A stretch of 64,000 nt of DNA from an uncultured archaeon (GTDB lineage Archaea > Aenigmatarchaeota > Aenigmatarchaeia > QMZP01 > JACQNV01), in contig CAYPFW010000001.1 in assembly GCA_964410585.1 (NCBI GenBank), forward strand, positions 210,853 through 274,852, written 5' to 3'. Shown piece after piece: positions 21,401-28,779 of this stretch. The notes under the pieces were generated by a model, which was not told where the DNA came from, did not search any database, and saw only the letters and a list, made by a program, of their open reading frames with translations. Position 1 is the first letter of the stretch; the number at the start of each line of letters is the position of its first letter. The position numbers and the translations under genes are program-made.

Positions 21401-24400
21401 TCTCAACAATTCCAACACAAAACACAACAGAAGATGTCTTATACCAATTCAATGTCACAGCATCAGATGATGATTTGATACACGGCGATAGTCTTACATA
21501 TTCAGTAAACGATTCAAGATTCTCAATATCAAAGATAAACAACACTTTGGCATCTTTGAATTTTACTCCAACAAACTCTGACGTTGGCTCATTTGTTGTC
21601 CAAGTAAATGTGACAGACACACAAAGTGTAACAGACGCAAAAACTTTCATAGTTAATGTTGCAAATGTAAACGATGCACCTGAATTCAATTCATCTACCT
21701 CATTAGCAAATGTTACTTTCAACGAAGATGGCTCTACATCACTTTCTTTGTCTCAGAGCTTCTTTGACATAGATGCAGGCGACAGTTTAACATATTCTGC
21801 TTCTGCAGTAGACAACATATCAGTTTCTATAAATCAAACAACAGGAGTTGCAACACTTGTCCCTAACCAAGATTTCTTTGGAACAAGGACAGTTACATTC
21901 AAAGCAACAGATTCACAGGGTGCAAATTCAACAGATTCAAATACAGTGACAATAACGGTTAATCCAGTTAACGATGCACCTGTTTTATCAGCATCTGTCA
22001 CAGATGTTTCATTCAATGAAGACGGTTCAAACAGCAGTCTAGATTTATCTAACTTCTTCACTGATGTTGACAATACAACTCTGGTTTACACAGCAGATCC
22101 TGTTGCAAACTTAACTATGAATATAGTTGGTTCTCAGGTAAACATTTCAGCTGATCCAAATTTCAATGGCCAGAGAAATGTCACATTCACAGCATCTGAT
22201 GGTGAGTACAATGTTTCAGATACAGTTTTAGTGACAGTGAATCCAGTAAACGATGCTCCAACTTCAACAACAATCCCAGATCAGAATATTACAGAGGATA
22301 CAAACTTCACATTTGATATTTCTCAATACTTCTCTGATGTAGATGCAGATTCTCTTACATTCAGTATAATATTGAATTCAACAAACATCTCAGCTTCAAT
22401 AAATGGAAGTATTGTTACATTGGAACCAAATTCAAACTTCTTTGGAACAAACACAATACAATTTAGGGCAAGCGATTCTCAACTAAGTGTAGATTCTAAT
22501 ACTGTCACACTAAATGTATCAGCAGTAAATGATGCTCCAACTGTTTTAGTCACACAACCAAATGGCGGAGAAATTTGGAATCAAAACCAAAACATAACAT
22601 GGTCAGCTTCCGATGTTGAAAATGACCCACTTTCAGTAAGCATATTTGCTTCAAATGATTCAGGCTCAACATGGAACCAAATAGACACAGGCTTGGCTAA
22701 TAGCGGTTTGTATATATGGAACACAACAAGCATCGCAGACGGATCATATTTAATAAATGTGACTGTATCTGATGGTTCTCTTACAACATCTGATTTGTCT
22801 GATGGTTTGGTTACTGTAGATAATACAGCTCCAGATGTAAATGTTGCCTTGACAGGACACAACAACTTGTTCATTGCTACTCTATCCAATGGACCATATG
22901 ATATACTAAATATGACATTTACTTCTAGTGAACCTGTTATATGGAAAACACCTTCAGGGGGAAACGGAATAAACATATACACTTCAAATGGATCATTAGA
23001 AAAATCTTTCACTTCGAACTCTTTGAGCCAAACACTGTTCAAGCAAATAGATTCAAGCACATTCTCTGGAGATGACGATATATACACAATAAATGTCACA
23101 ACAACTGATCAGGCCGGTAATAGCCAAACACAAACTGTTGGGAATTTCACTATCGACAACACACCACCATCAGTTAGCATCAGCGCATCTTCAACAACAA
23201 TAAACGAAGGGGAATCAATTTTCTTCAATGGATCTTCAACAACAGATAGTTCAGCTGGTGTTGACGCATCTTCGTTTGTTTGGAACTTCGGCGATAGCCA
23301 ATCAGCAACAGGACAAACAACCAATCACACATACTCACAAAATGGAACCTATACAGTGAGATTGAATGTCACAGACAATGTTGGAAACACAGGAACAAAC
23401 ACAATTGTTGTCACAGTAAATGATTTAGCTCCTACATCATCTTTCACATTTAGCCCTTCAACAGGAATATTTGAAAACACAACAACTGTACAGTTCAATT
23501 CAACATCAACAGGATATGATACACCTCTGACATATTTCTGGGACTTTGGTGATTTATCAACTTCAACACAGGAGAACCCAACACACGTTTTTGCAAACAA
23601 TGGAACATACACAGTAAACCTAACTGTGACAGATGCAGATGGATCGACAAACACAAGTTCGCAAACTGTATCAGTGAGTGACACAGGTCCCTCAGTTTCA
23701 ATATCTGGAACAGCATCTACATTCGTAGCCTCAACAGCATCATACAGTGCTTCTGGTTCAACTGGTTCAGACCAGCCATTCACATATGAGTGGGATTTCA
23801 ACTACACAGGAAGCTTTGATTCAGAACAAAACACAGGAACAACATCTTCAGTTGATCACACATTCAGCTCAACAGGCACATTTACAATCGCAGTGCGTGT
23901 GACAGATTCAGACGGATCCCAAAACATATCTTCAATGTCAACAACTGTCCAACCTGAGCAAACACACGACATAGTTGTAAATTCAGTTACATACAACAAA
24001 GCAGATTCAACTGTTTACATAGGAGACCAAGTAACTGTGTCAGCAAGTGTATCAAACATAGGAAATTTCAATGAAAGCGTTACTCTAAGATTATTTAATG
24101 GTGGAACAATAGATACAGAAACAGTTTCAATAACAAAGGGAGAAACAAAAACAGTCAACTTTACTTGGACACCTAGCTCAGAAAGCGGCGGAACAATTTT
24201 GAGAGTCGAAGCTCTTCCAGTTTCAGGAGAAACACAGCTTGGCGACAATTTGGCTACAGTACAGGGCTCGCCTATACCTGTTAGATCTGTTGTGCAAAAT
24301 GTAAACTTAACATTTGTTTCGGCAACAAACTTCCCTAAACCAAGTTCTTCTGGAAGTGAGACACAAAATCCATTCTTCGTTTGGGTAAAAATAGAAAACT

Positions 24401-24633
24401 TAAATGGATTTGACTTGAATGATTTAGTTTTGACAATAGGAAATGAAACTCTAACTGTGAATACAAACCAAGACGGATCAACAAGCACAACAAAAACATA
24501 CGACCCACTTGCAGCTGGACAATCAACATCTTTCTGGTGGAAATTAAACGCCGCATCTGGAACACATAATATTACAGCAAGAATTGGCAATGTTGGTGAT
24601 AGAGTCGAGATTTCAAGAATAGTGACTGTCTAA
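12472..24633 (+). CDS. Giant surface adhesin-like protein of about 4,053 aa. It has a signal anchor, N/S/T-rich repeats, several PKD-like domains (WNFGDG...NPTH), about 15 cadherin-like (dystroglycan-type / putative Ig) ~95-aa repeats, and five Ig-like repeats ending TETRT(L/F)xID. It also has a GSGGSGGGSGGSG linker and a C-terminal CARDB-like domain.
   Basis: A single 12.2-kb ORF. The track start is TTG at 12463, and the first ATG is at 12472. The repeat architecture was read directly from the translation. Confidence 0.9.
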   Translation: MSQKSNSSTRVAYIFLALLVFGLIAGAVAYPVQINISSNQAGFTTTTIVCGDPSCSSYTNSRQDIPTLTNSNGYSISGSGKVNYMELDYKACYLPHMYRLQMTDATTNGPYSVTRNFNQKSDCTSTVNTVQASNPSPFEKTTIQISTNVQGAVSFPKDANGNQFDFSMVSIPSDIKDFYDTKTKVVLKIKDSQGSVIYTSPEKEAYPLVNKSETVVFDYTPQIDGPFTAEIETQVTDCMCTSTQPITSSPVSFSVQDTDPVASFSFGTVIEGQDAQFTDTSTSNDGLTWEWNFGDGTALDTRQNPTHRFSKGGAHQVTLTVREADGDSNPKTQIVDVQNVNDNPIITATINPITLNEDFGTHEVVDLTTLESDEEDGPASDANNLRWSVVSVSDPSLIDVSIDVGSEKLSLVSKQDKFGTATVTLKLSDSQSGETTTSFNVQVNQQAETQGSTTTNTQVSADSVFTNSQGTNSNIQSSTVTGSTIIDSTVTNSNVQDSFIDPSTVSGSTIIRSRIVNSQVTNSNITDSNITNMQVSNAVVTNNVLQSGTIVYNGQTYTGSISLAEIQNTAPVSTQTVTQISWNEDSSDSSLNLNTQFSDPEGQTLSFSKTDPSNIQVSISANGQVTFTPDTNFNGQRSAQFTATDIFGKTVSISVTLNVISQNDQLSITTTAPTTGSQGLLYTYDIDASDIDGDQLTFTLQAGAPTGMTINPSTGLIQWTPTNNQVGNNQVTVLVSDGSTPIQQQFTISVSNANDAPSLSAISNQNIAEDSTLQFNVSADDPDLVYGDSLTYSINDSRFTITKISNTLATVSFSPTNSEVGTISVSVTVKDSQDLTITKTFSVLVSNTNDLPVLADVSNQNVLEDSTLQFNLTASDDDLIHGDSLTYTVNDSRFTVNKISNTLATVSFSPINSDVGTFSVQATVTDSSGQTSKKTFTVTVVNTNDAPTVTVLEPNGGELWNGIRQIKWTASDVDVGDILLVDIFTSVDGQVFQVLAENETNDGEFDWNTDQSSDSTNHKVRIEIKDGTTTVSDDSDSAFSLDNSVPNTVFASPNAGNYTSHQNITVTATDPNLQTISIYVNGLLASSSSTSPLVYLLTDGNHSVYAKANDTLGNSVQTETRNIFIDSVVPSVSFISPTPSTGLFANQNQTINITGTDNNLASVGITFVGEGSGGSGGGSGGSGASVGVSVNPGETTKTLSTTLSDGNYTYFGTARDILENNAQTETRTLFIDTINPTIQFENPTPANLATTNSNQIINVSGSDTNLVSIEIFVDGTLKNTCTSNLCSYSIDVSQLSDGPHTFNATIIDIVGSKTSTETRTLVVDKTAPSIQFVSPTPSDLSGVSGTKIINVTASDLSAFNIVIYIDGQNVTTCSSSLCSFEWNTTTFADGSHSINATSSDNVGNQNSTETRTFTIDNTAPSISLVSPANDTLSNSQTQNFIFAASDAIYTSVSCNLYINNNLSGSNSSVQSGVNTTITNTSVPEGTNTWYVQCADALGNTNTSEMRTLKTDYTSPQISSHSFSGLFPLTGVSDGGYFSPANTDGQFDSVSLTVNTSEEVIFGPQSIQIVNSSGQVVNSFDGPGETSRSILRTWFGNDSVGNILPDGEYTINITFTDLAGNTKTEILKNLEAVNDLFIIDNTPVNVILGNDRTVNEGALQTFDGSNSTDTGSEINTSSFVWNFGDSQSATGQTANHTYSQNGTYTVRLNVTDNVGNTGTNTIVVTVNDLAPTSSFTFSPSTGIFENTTTVQFNSTSTGYDTPLTYFWDFGDLSTSTQENPTHVFANNGTYTVNLTVTDADGSTNTSSQTLNILDNSPTANAGPDQTVNEGSIVFFDGSNSTSSPDSISSYFWDFGDGTNSTGQSVNHTYVNNNTYTVTLTVTDSDGSTNSDTLQVAVNDLGPTANFTWSPEPQDEDLPVQFNDTSTFVADNIVSWSWNFGDGSPINTTQNPTHVYGNQNTTRIFQVTLTIIDSDGSISSKSSNITINAVNDPPVVSTIPSIIFNEDSFNDSLVLSSFVSDVDNSVSEINWSSSPTQNLTISIDNTTKRLNVSAAPNWFGNETIVLTATDGQNQTQSNTITVIANSVNDAPVISTTAQTSATEDSLYSYDVNATDVESDTLLFTLESAPSGMTIDSSTGIISWTPNNTQVGSNNVSVQVSDGNSGIGEQNFTIVVANNAPIISNPGTQSATEDSQFSIDINSTDENEGLVFSLISPPSGMSINSTTGLISWTPTNTQVGTTTLNVSVDDAHGGTATTTFDINAGNNPTTITTNATTTATEDTLYTYDVNSTDEGQGDFFNLTTFPQGMTIDNSTGLISWTPLNNQVGSNNVEVEVDDGKGGSDTQAFSISVSNNPPLIATTALTSSTEDSLYEYDVNSTDEGQGLVYSLTTSPSGMTINQTTGMITWTPINSQVGINSVTVLANDTKSGTTTQSYSLIVSNNPPVFTSTAPTTATEDSEYLYDANSTDEGDGATFSLTTSPAGMTINSTTGLVNWTPLNNQVGSNSVVIRVNDGKGGQKSQSFSISVSNNPPTITSSAALNATEDSLYTYDVNSTDDGQGTITYSLALSPSGMTIDSSTGLISWTPLNNQVGTNNVSVQVSDGNSGVGEQNFTITVSNTNPTISSTASTTATENIQYTYDVNSTDDGQGTISYSLLSSVFGMSINQSTGLISWTPINTQVGPNNVSIQVSDGNGGTDTQNFTIVVANSNPTITSSPVVSVTEDSLYTYDVNSDEDGEGAISYLLLLLPSGMSINSTTGVITWTPTNEYVGPNNVSVQVSDGNGGVGEQNFTIVVANNPPIISDPGIQSATEDSLFTIDINSTDEGQGLLFYLESAPTGMTINETTGSVSWTPLNNQVGLNTVNVSVNDWQGGVSSLTFDINVLNNAPLITTNATISGVEDSLYTYDVNSTDEGQGATYNLTTFPQGMTIDNSTGLISWTPLNNQVGSNNVEVEVDDGNGGTNTQTFSISVSNTNDNPVLSTIPTQNTTEDVLYQFNVTASDDDLIHGDSLTYSVNDSRFSISKINNTLASLNFTPTNSDVGSFVVQVNVTDTQSVTDAKTFIVNVANVNDAPEFNSSTSLANVTFNEDGSTSLSLSQSFFDIDAGDSLTYSASAVDNISVSINQTTGVATLVPNQDFFGTRTVTFKATDSQGANSTDSNTVTITVNPVNDAPVLSASVTDVSFNEDGSNSSLDLSNFFTDVDNTTLVYTADPVANLTMNIVGSQVNISADPNFNGQRNVTFTASDGEYNVSDTVLVTVNPVNDAPTSTTIPDQNITEDTNFTFDISQYFSDVDADSLTFSIILNSTNISASINGSIVTLEPNSNFFGTNTIQFRASDSQLSVDSNTVTLNVSAVNDAPTVLVTQPNGGEIWNQNQNITWSASDVENDPLSVSIFASNDSGSTWNQIDTGLANSGLYIWNTTSIADGSYLINVTVSDGSLTTSDLSDGLVTVDNTAPDVNVALTGHNNLFIATLSNGPYDILNMTFTSSEPVIWKTPSGGNGINIYTSNGSLEKSFTSNSLSQTLFKQIDSSTFSGDDDIYTINVTTTDQAGNSQTQTVGNFTIDNTPPSVSISASSTTINEGESIFFNGSSTTDSSAGVDASSFVWNFGDSQSATGQTTNHTYSQNGTYTVRLNVTDNVGNTGTNTIVVTVNDLAPTSSFTFSPSTGIFENTTTVQFNSTSTGYDTPLTYFWDFGDLSTSTQENPTHVFANNGTYTVNLTVTDADGSTNTSSQTVSVSDTGPSVSISGTASTFVASTASYSASGSTGSDQPFTYEWDFNYTGSFDSEQNTGTTSSVDHTFSSTGTFTIAVRVTDSDGSQNISSMSTTVQPEQTHDIVVNSVTYNKADSTVYIGDQVTVSASVSNIGNFNESVTLRLFNGGTIDTETVSITKGETKTVNFTWTPSSESGGTILRVEALPVSGETQLGDNLATVQGSPIPVRSVVQNVNLTFVSATNFPKPSSSGSETQNPFFVWVKIENLNGFDLNDLVLTIGNETLTVNTNQDGSTSTTKTYDPLAAGQSTSFWWKLNAASGTHNITARIGNVGDRVEISRIVTV
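17499..17893 (+). repeat. Intragenic near-identical ~395-nt repeat, copy 1 (PKD-like segment).
   Basis: About 99% identical to 23270..23668. Confidence 0.85.
19375..19480 (+). repeat. Intragenic ~105-nt near-identical repeat, copy 1 (cadherin-like unit, FPQGMTIDNSTGLISWTPLNNQVGSNNVEVEVDDG).
   Basis: Near-identical to 21235..21340. Confidence 0.8.
21235..21340 (+). repeat. Intragenic ~105-nt near-identical repeat, copy 2.
   Basis: See copy 1. Confidence 0.8.
23270..23668 (+). repeat. Intragenic near-identical ~395-nt repeat, copy 2.
   Basis: See copy 1. Confidence 0.85.
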
Positions 24634-24673
24634 TAGTATATTTAAGGCAGGTAAATAATAATATAAATTAAAT

Positions 24674-26596
24674 ATGAAAAATATTTTGAGTTTGGCAGTG
24701 GGCTTGATGCTCATATTATCTTTTGGTTTTGTTAGTGTAAACGCTCTTTCATGTTCAGATGTTACTTTTGATTATTCTCCATCAAATTTGGAAGCAAATT
24801 CAGCCTTTTCACTAAGGATAGCAAACAATAATCCTCCGGCACCTGATGATGCATGGGGAGATTTTGTAAGCGCAAATTTGACATTGTCTTCAGGCCTATC
24901 AACAACAAGCTCTCTAGACGTTGATTTAACACCTTCAATAGTTAGCACCCCATACAGCTGGACAAACATAGTAGCAAATTCAACTGGTTCATTTACCTCA
25001 ACGGTAACATTAACAAATGCAACAGGCTCTTGTTCAATAAATCAGAATCTTAATGTAGGTCCAGTTACAAATCCCAATTTAACTCTTTCTTCTACTCTTA
25101 GTAATTCAACGCCAGTAATAAACTCCCCATACACACTTACTGTAAATGTATCGAACACAGGAAATGAAAACGCAACATCAATAGTTATTACGGTTTCTGC
25201 TGGCGGAAATTCTACTATTACACCTTCTTCAAGATCTATTTCAAATCTACAAAATGGATCTAGTGAAAATGTAACATTTACTATCAACTCTCCTTCGTCT
25301 GGAACAAACATACAAATCACAACAACTGCAACATACAAAGATACTTCAAGTGTTTCAATGACAGACTCTACAACTTCCACAACAGTTAATGTGTCAGGAC
25401 ATCCTTTCACAGCAAACCAATCTAAAGTAATAGATGTTCAAGCTATTGCATCTGCTATTTTAACTATAACTACAAACACAACCACAGATCTAACAGAGTT
25501 TACAATAAGCAATTCGTCTTCAAATTCAGTTTCAGCACCTTCTGGAAAACTTGCCGCAGGAAGATATTTAACAGTAACTCTTCCTTCTTCATTTAGCTCA
25601 ACACTTGAAACAACATACCTAAAAATTTATTATCAACAATCAGAAATATCATCAAACAATATAAATGAAAATTCACTAGAAGTCAGAAAGCTTGTATCAG
25701 GCAATTGGGGAAGTCCTCTTACAGTTATTTCAAGAGATATAACAAACAACTTTATAGAAGTCAGCACATCAGGATTTTCAACATTTGGTCTATTCGGTGA
25801 TACAAATCCATCTTCTTCAAACAATAATCAGAATAGCGGAAGTGGAAATACAAACTCTGGAACAACATCTAGTGGAACTACACTTGCAAAACAATGTGCA
25901 GAGGCTGATTATTCTTGCTCATCTTGGACAGCGTGCACATCAGGTTCACAGACAAGAACATGTTCAAAGAAAACAGGCGTATCTTGTACAGGAGATGCGA
26001 CACCTGTAACAGCTCAAACATGCTCATTGACATGTACTCCTGACTGGGAGTGTACAGATTGGTCTGTTTGCTCTTCTTCAGGCTCTCAAACAAGATCATG
26101 TTCGGATAGAAAAGGTTGTGGTGTGAGCTCAGGAAAACCACACGAATCGCAAACATGTGGAGCCCCTAAATCGGAAGTGATAAGCTTCGATGGTGGTTTA
26201 ACAGGTTTCTTAGTTTCGCCTCCTATCCTACAATACAAAGCATCTGAAGGAGCATCTACTGTCTTTAAAGTAGATAACTCAGATCACACACTAACTGTTA
26301 AACAGGTCAAATCAGATTCAGTTATTTTGGTGATACAGTCAGATCCTGTTGAAATTGAAGTCAAAGCTGGAGAATCAAAATCAGTTAATATAGACGCTGA
26401 TCCTGAAAATGATATAACTGTCAGAATAAACTCAATTGAAAATGGTGTTGTCTTATTGACTGTTGATAAGGTATCTAACACAAACACAGAAACAGGAATT
26501 GGAGTTATTGTAATTGTTCTAGTCGCAGTTATTGGCTTTTATTTAACTAAAAGAAAAAAAGAAACATGGAAATTTGAAACTAAGCAAGCAAAATAA
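24674..26596 (+). CDS. Cell-surface protein with a signal peptide, duplicated Cys motif (CS[SD]W[TS].C[TS]SGSQTR[TS]CS), and a C-terminal transmembrane anchor with a basic tail.
   Basis: ORF track. The N-terminal hydrophobic segment and the C-terminal IGVIVIVLVAVIGFYLTKRKK support the anchoring call. Confidence 0.6.
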   Translation: MKNILSLAVGLMLILSFGFVSVNALSCSDVTFDYSPSNLEANSAFSLRIANNNPPAPDDAWGDFVSANLTLSSGLSTTSSLDVDLTPSIVSTPYSWTNIVANSTGSFTSTVTLTNATGSCSINQNLNVGPVTNPNLTLSSTLSNSTPVINSPYTLTVNVSNTGNENATSIVITVSAGGNSTITPSSRSISNLQNGSSENVTFTINSPSSGTNIQITTTATYKDTSSVSMTDSTTSTTVNVSGHPFTANQSKVIDVQAIASAILTITTNTTTDLTEFTISNSSSNSVSAPSGKLAAGRYLTVTLPSSFSSTLETTYLKIYYQQSEISSNNINENSLEVRKLVSGNWGSPLTVISRDITNNFIEVSTSGFSTFGLFGDTNPSSSNNNQNSGSGNTNSGTTSSGTTLAKQCAEADYSCSSWTACTSGSQTRTCSKKTGVSCTGDATPVTAQTCSLTCTPDWECTDWSVCSSSGSQTRSCSDRKGCGVSSGKPHESQTCGAPKSEVISFDGGLTGFLVSPPILQYKASEGASTVFKVDNSDHTLTVKQVKSDSVILVIQSDPVEIEVKAGESKSVNIDADPENDITVRINSIENGVVLLTVDKVSNTNTETGIGVIVIVLVAVIGFYLTKRKKETWKFETKQAK

Positions 26597-26653
26597 ATCT
26601 CTTTTCAATTTTCATTATGTTCTAAATTTCCCATTTTATCAAATATATAGGTT

Positions 26654-27133
26654 TCAAGGCAATCTAATCTCAGAAAGCAGACTTATGTATTTATGTAGCC
26701 TGTTCAATTCACTTTCTAGGATTTCCAAAGTTTTTTTTGTGTTTTCTGTCTGTTCGCCCTTCATTTTTGAAAGCTGGTCTTTTGCTGCCTCAAAATCTAT
26801 TAGAGACTCTTTTATACTTTTTTCAACTTTTAGAGTGATTGCATTTTTCAAGCATTCCAAAAGGTCACCTGCAAGAGAAATATACAATTGTCTATCGCCT
26901 TCTTTTTTAACCCTTTTTATCACACTAAGAAGTTCGAGAAGATCCAAGCTTAGAGAAACCATGCCAGCTGAATATCCTGTTTCTTTTGCAAGCTCCTGTA
27001 AGGACACTGGCTTTCCTTTGACCAGAAGGACACCTATTAGCTTCCCGTGCAAAGGTGAATAACCAATAGACCGCGCAACCTCTGCGAATGTGTTGAAAAT
27101 CTTCCTCTCTATATCTTTTTCAGGGCTTGTCAT
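26654..27133 (-). CDS. Winged-helix transcriptional regulator (MarR/TrmB-like).
   Basis: HTH segment LQELAKETGYSAGMVSLSLDLLE; C-terminal coiled coil. Confidence 0.5.
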   Translation of the reverse strand: MTSPEKDIERKIFNTFAEVARSIGYSPLHGKLIGVLLVKGKPVSLQELAKETGYSAGMVSLSLDLLELLSVIKRVKKEGDRQLYISLAGDLLECLKNAITLKVEKSIKESLIDFEAAKDQLSKMKGEQTENTKKTLEILESELNRLHKYISLLSEIRLP

Positions 27134-27948
27134 ATTTTAAATAATTGTTTGGCATTTGAATAGAAAACCTTTTCCCAATGTTGTTTTGGGACGACTTTTT
27201 TTATTATTTCTATATAGTCTTTCATTTTCACCAATGGCCAATCTGAACCGTAAATTATTTTGTTAAATGCACAAGAAAAATTAAAGACAAAATCCATATC
27301 TAATTTCAGATAGTCTATGTTCATTTTTTTCACGTCACCTATGACAAGTCCTGAAATATCTGTATAGACATTTTGATTTTTGTATATGATTTCTGCGGCA
27401 TCTCTTATCCACGGATTTCCTAAATGAGCAATTACAAAATTCACGCCAGGATTATCAACGGCTAATTCATCGATAATAAATGGGTGGGAATATTTTAATT
27501 TTGGTGGAGAAAGTTGTATAGAGGGCGACATCCAGACATCACCAGAATGTATAATTACAGGGGCCTTGTATTTTTCAGCCAACTTATAGAAAGGTTTGTA
27601 TATTTCATCAGTTGGATAATAGTGTGTATATCCTGGATAAATCTTCATTCCAATGGCTGTTCTTTCTGACAATGCTTTTTCAGTAAGTAAAATTTCTTTT
27701 TTTCCACATTTAACTGGGTTTAATCCAACTACTATTTCTAGACTATCTAATTCGTGTTTTTGTCTCAGTGCTAATTCAAGTTTCATTGGGGTTGGATCTC
27801 TAAATTTCTCGCTCGATGTTATAGAAATTGCTTTTACAACATTATTTAATTTTAGCTCCTGTCTAAAATCTTCTATAGAAAAGGGTTTATTTTCAGGACT
27901 TCCATCAGCCCCAAAGGTTGTATGCATATGAGCATCTATAATTTTCAT
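27130..27948 (-). CDS. Metal-dependent TIM-barrel amidohydrolase (amidohydrolase_2-like).
   Basis: N-terminal IDAHMH motif with His/Asp residues downstream; 4-nt overlap with the downstream regulator gene. Confidence 0.6.
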   Translation of the reverse strand: MKIIDAHMHTTFGADGSPENKPFSIEDFRQELKLNNVVKAISITSSEKFRDPTPMKLELALRQKHELDSLEIVVGLNPVKCGKKEILLTEKALSERTAIGMKIYPGYTHYYPTDEIYKPFYKLAEKYKAPVIIHSGDVWMSPSIQLSPPKLKYSHPFIIDELAVDNPGVNFVIAHLGNPWIRDAAEIIYKNQNVYTDISGLVIGDVKKMNIDYLKLDMDFVFNFSCAFNKIIYGSDWPLVKMKDYIEIIKKVVPKQHWEKVFYSNAKQLFKI

Positions 27949-27954
27949 AGTAGG

Positions 27955-28317
27955 TTATTGTTTCCTTATTTTATTAATTGCAGTATAGATTATGGCTCCG
28001 ATAAAAGAGCCTATTACGTCAAAAACTACATCAAAAATATCAGCAAATCTCCCCGGAACAAGCGATTGGTGAAATTCATCTGAGAGGCCGTATACAAAAC
28101 CAATGACTAGTGTGAATAGTATTAATTTTTTCCTCGAACTTATATTTGATTTGTTTAAACCAAACACCAAAAACAATCCAAGAACCAAGTAAATGGCAAC
28201 ATGTTTCCAATAGCCAAAAGGATCAAAACCAAAAGGATCTGTAACTTTAGGTAGGGAAGAAAAATAAAAAATCAAAGCCATCCAAAAAACAGCTGGGATC
28301 CAGTACTTTATTTTCAT
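27955..28317 (-). CDS. VanZ-like small membrane protein.
   Basis: Four predicted transmembrane segments; the N-terminus MKIKYWIPAVFWMALIFYFSSLP resembles the VanZ family start. Confidence 0.4.
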   Translation of the reverse strand: MKIKYWIPAVFWMALIFYFSSLPKVTDPFGFDPFGYWKHVAIYLVLGLFLVFGLNKSNISSRKKLILFTLVIGFVYGLSDEFHQSLVPGRFADIFDVVFDVIGSFIGAIIYTAINKIRKQ

Positions 28318-28727
28318 AGGGGCACAATTGCTACATCATTAGAGCAGTTTTCACATTTGTAATTATATAGTTTTATCTTGTGACCCCTTTCACATTTTTG
28401 TGTCTTCCTAAGATCGCCTTTTCTCTTGAGTGTAAGAGATTTTAGTTTTAGTTTGTTTTTGGATTCTTCTAAATCACTAAAACTTTTGAATTTTTTCTTC
28501 CAGAAATTTTTTGGAAATTCCCAATATTCGTCTTTTTCAATGTCCATGAAAAAGCTTTGGCACTTTTCACAAACTTTGAGTTCGGGGATTATAAAAGCTG
28601 ACCTCATTTTGCTTCCAACCCTAAAGGAAAAGCGGGGAGTGTTGATAAAATGGGATAATTTACATTGATAGCACCTAAGAATTGTTGGATTTGTCTTGTC
28701 TTTTCGCAAAACCAGAAGCTTGCCCAT
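28314..28727 (-). CDS. Zinc-ribbon-containing hypothetical protein of 137 aa.
   Basis: CxxC pairs (CYQC, CEKC, CENC); ATGA overlap with the VanZ-like gene. Confidence 0.4.
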   Translation of the reverse strand: MGKLLVLRKDKTNPTILRCYQCKLSHFINTPRFSFRVGSKMRSAFIIPELKVCEKCQSFFMDIEKDEYWEFPKNFWKKKFKSFSDLEESKNKLKLKSLTLKRKGDLRKTQKCERGHKIKLYNYKCENCSNDVAIVPL

Positions 28728-28750
28728 ATGGTAATATTGTTTTTGGATGG

Positions 28751-28758
28751 TTTAAATA
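28751..28758. promoter_or_regulatory. Quasi-palindromic TATA box TTTAAATA shared by two divergent genes, 22-24 nt from each ATG.
   Basis: ATG 28727 (minus) and ATG 28780 (plus) lie symmetrically around the box. Confidence 0.35.
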
Positions 28759-28779
28759 CATTTGACACAAAATATACTA

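Noticed and set aside
13413-24590. About 25 minus-strand ORFs of 60-220 aa inside the giant gene, plus similar shadow ORFs inside 3217-5730, 6181-6939 and the MCM gene.
   Set aside because: They are fully overlapped by much longer coherent ORFs on the other strand. They are products of repetitive, compositionally biased coding sequence.
26574-27062. A plus-strand 162-aa ORF overlapping the winged-helix regulator gene.
   Set aside because: The antisense regulator ORF has clear HTH features and operon context. The plus ORF is low-complexity and starts inside the upstream gene's terminator region.
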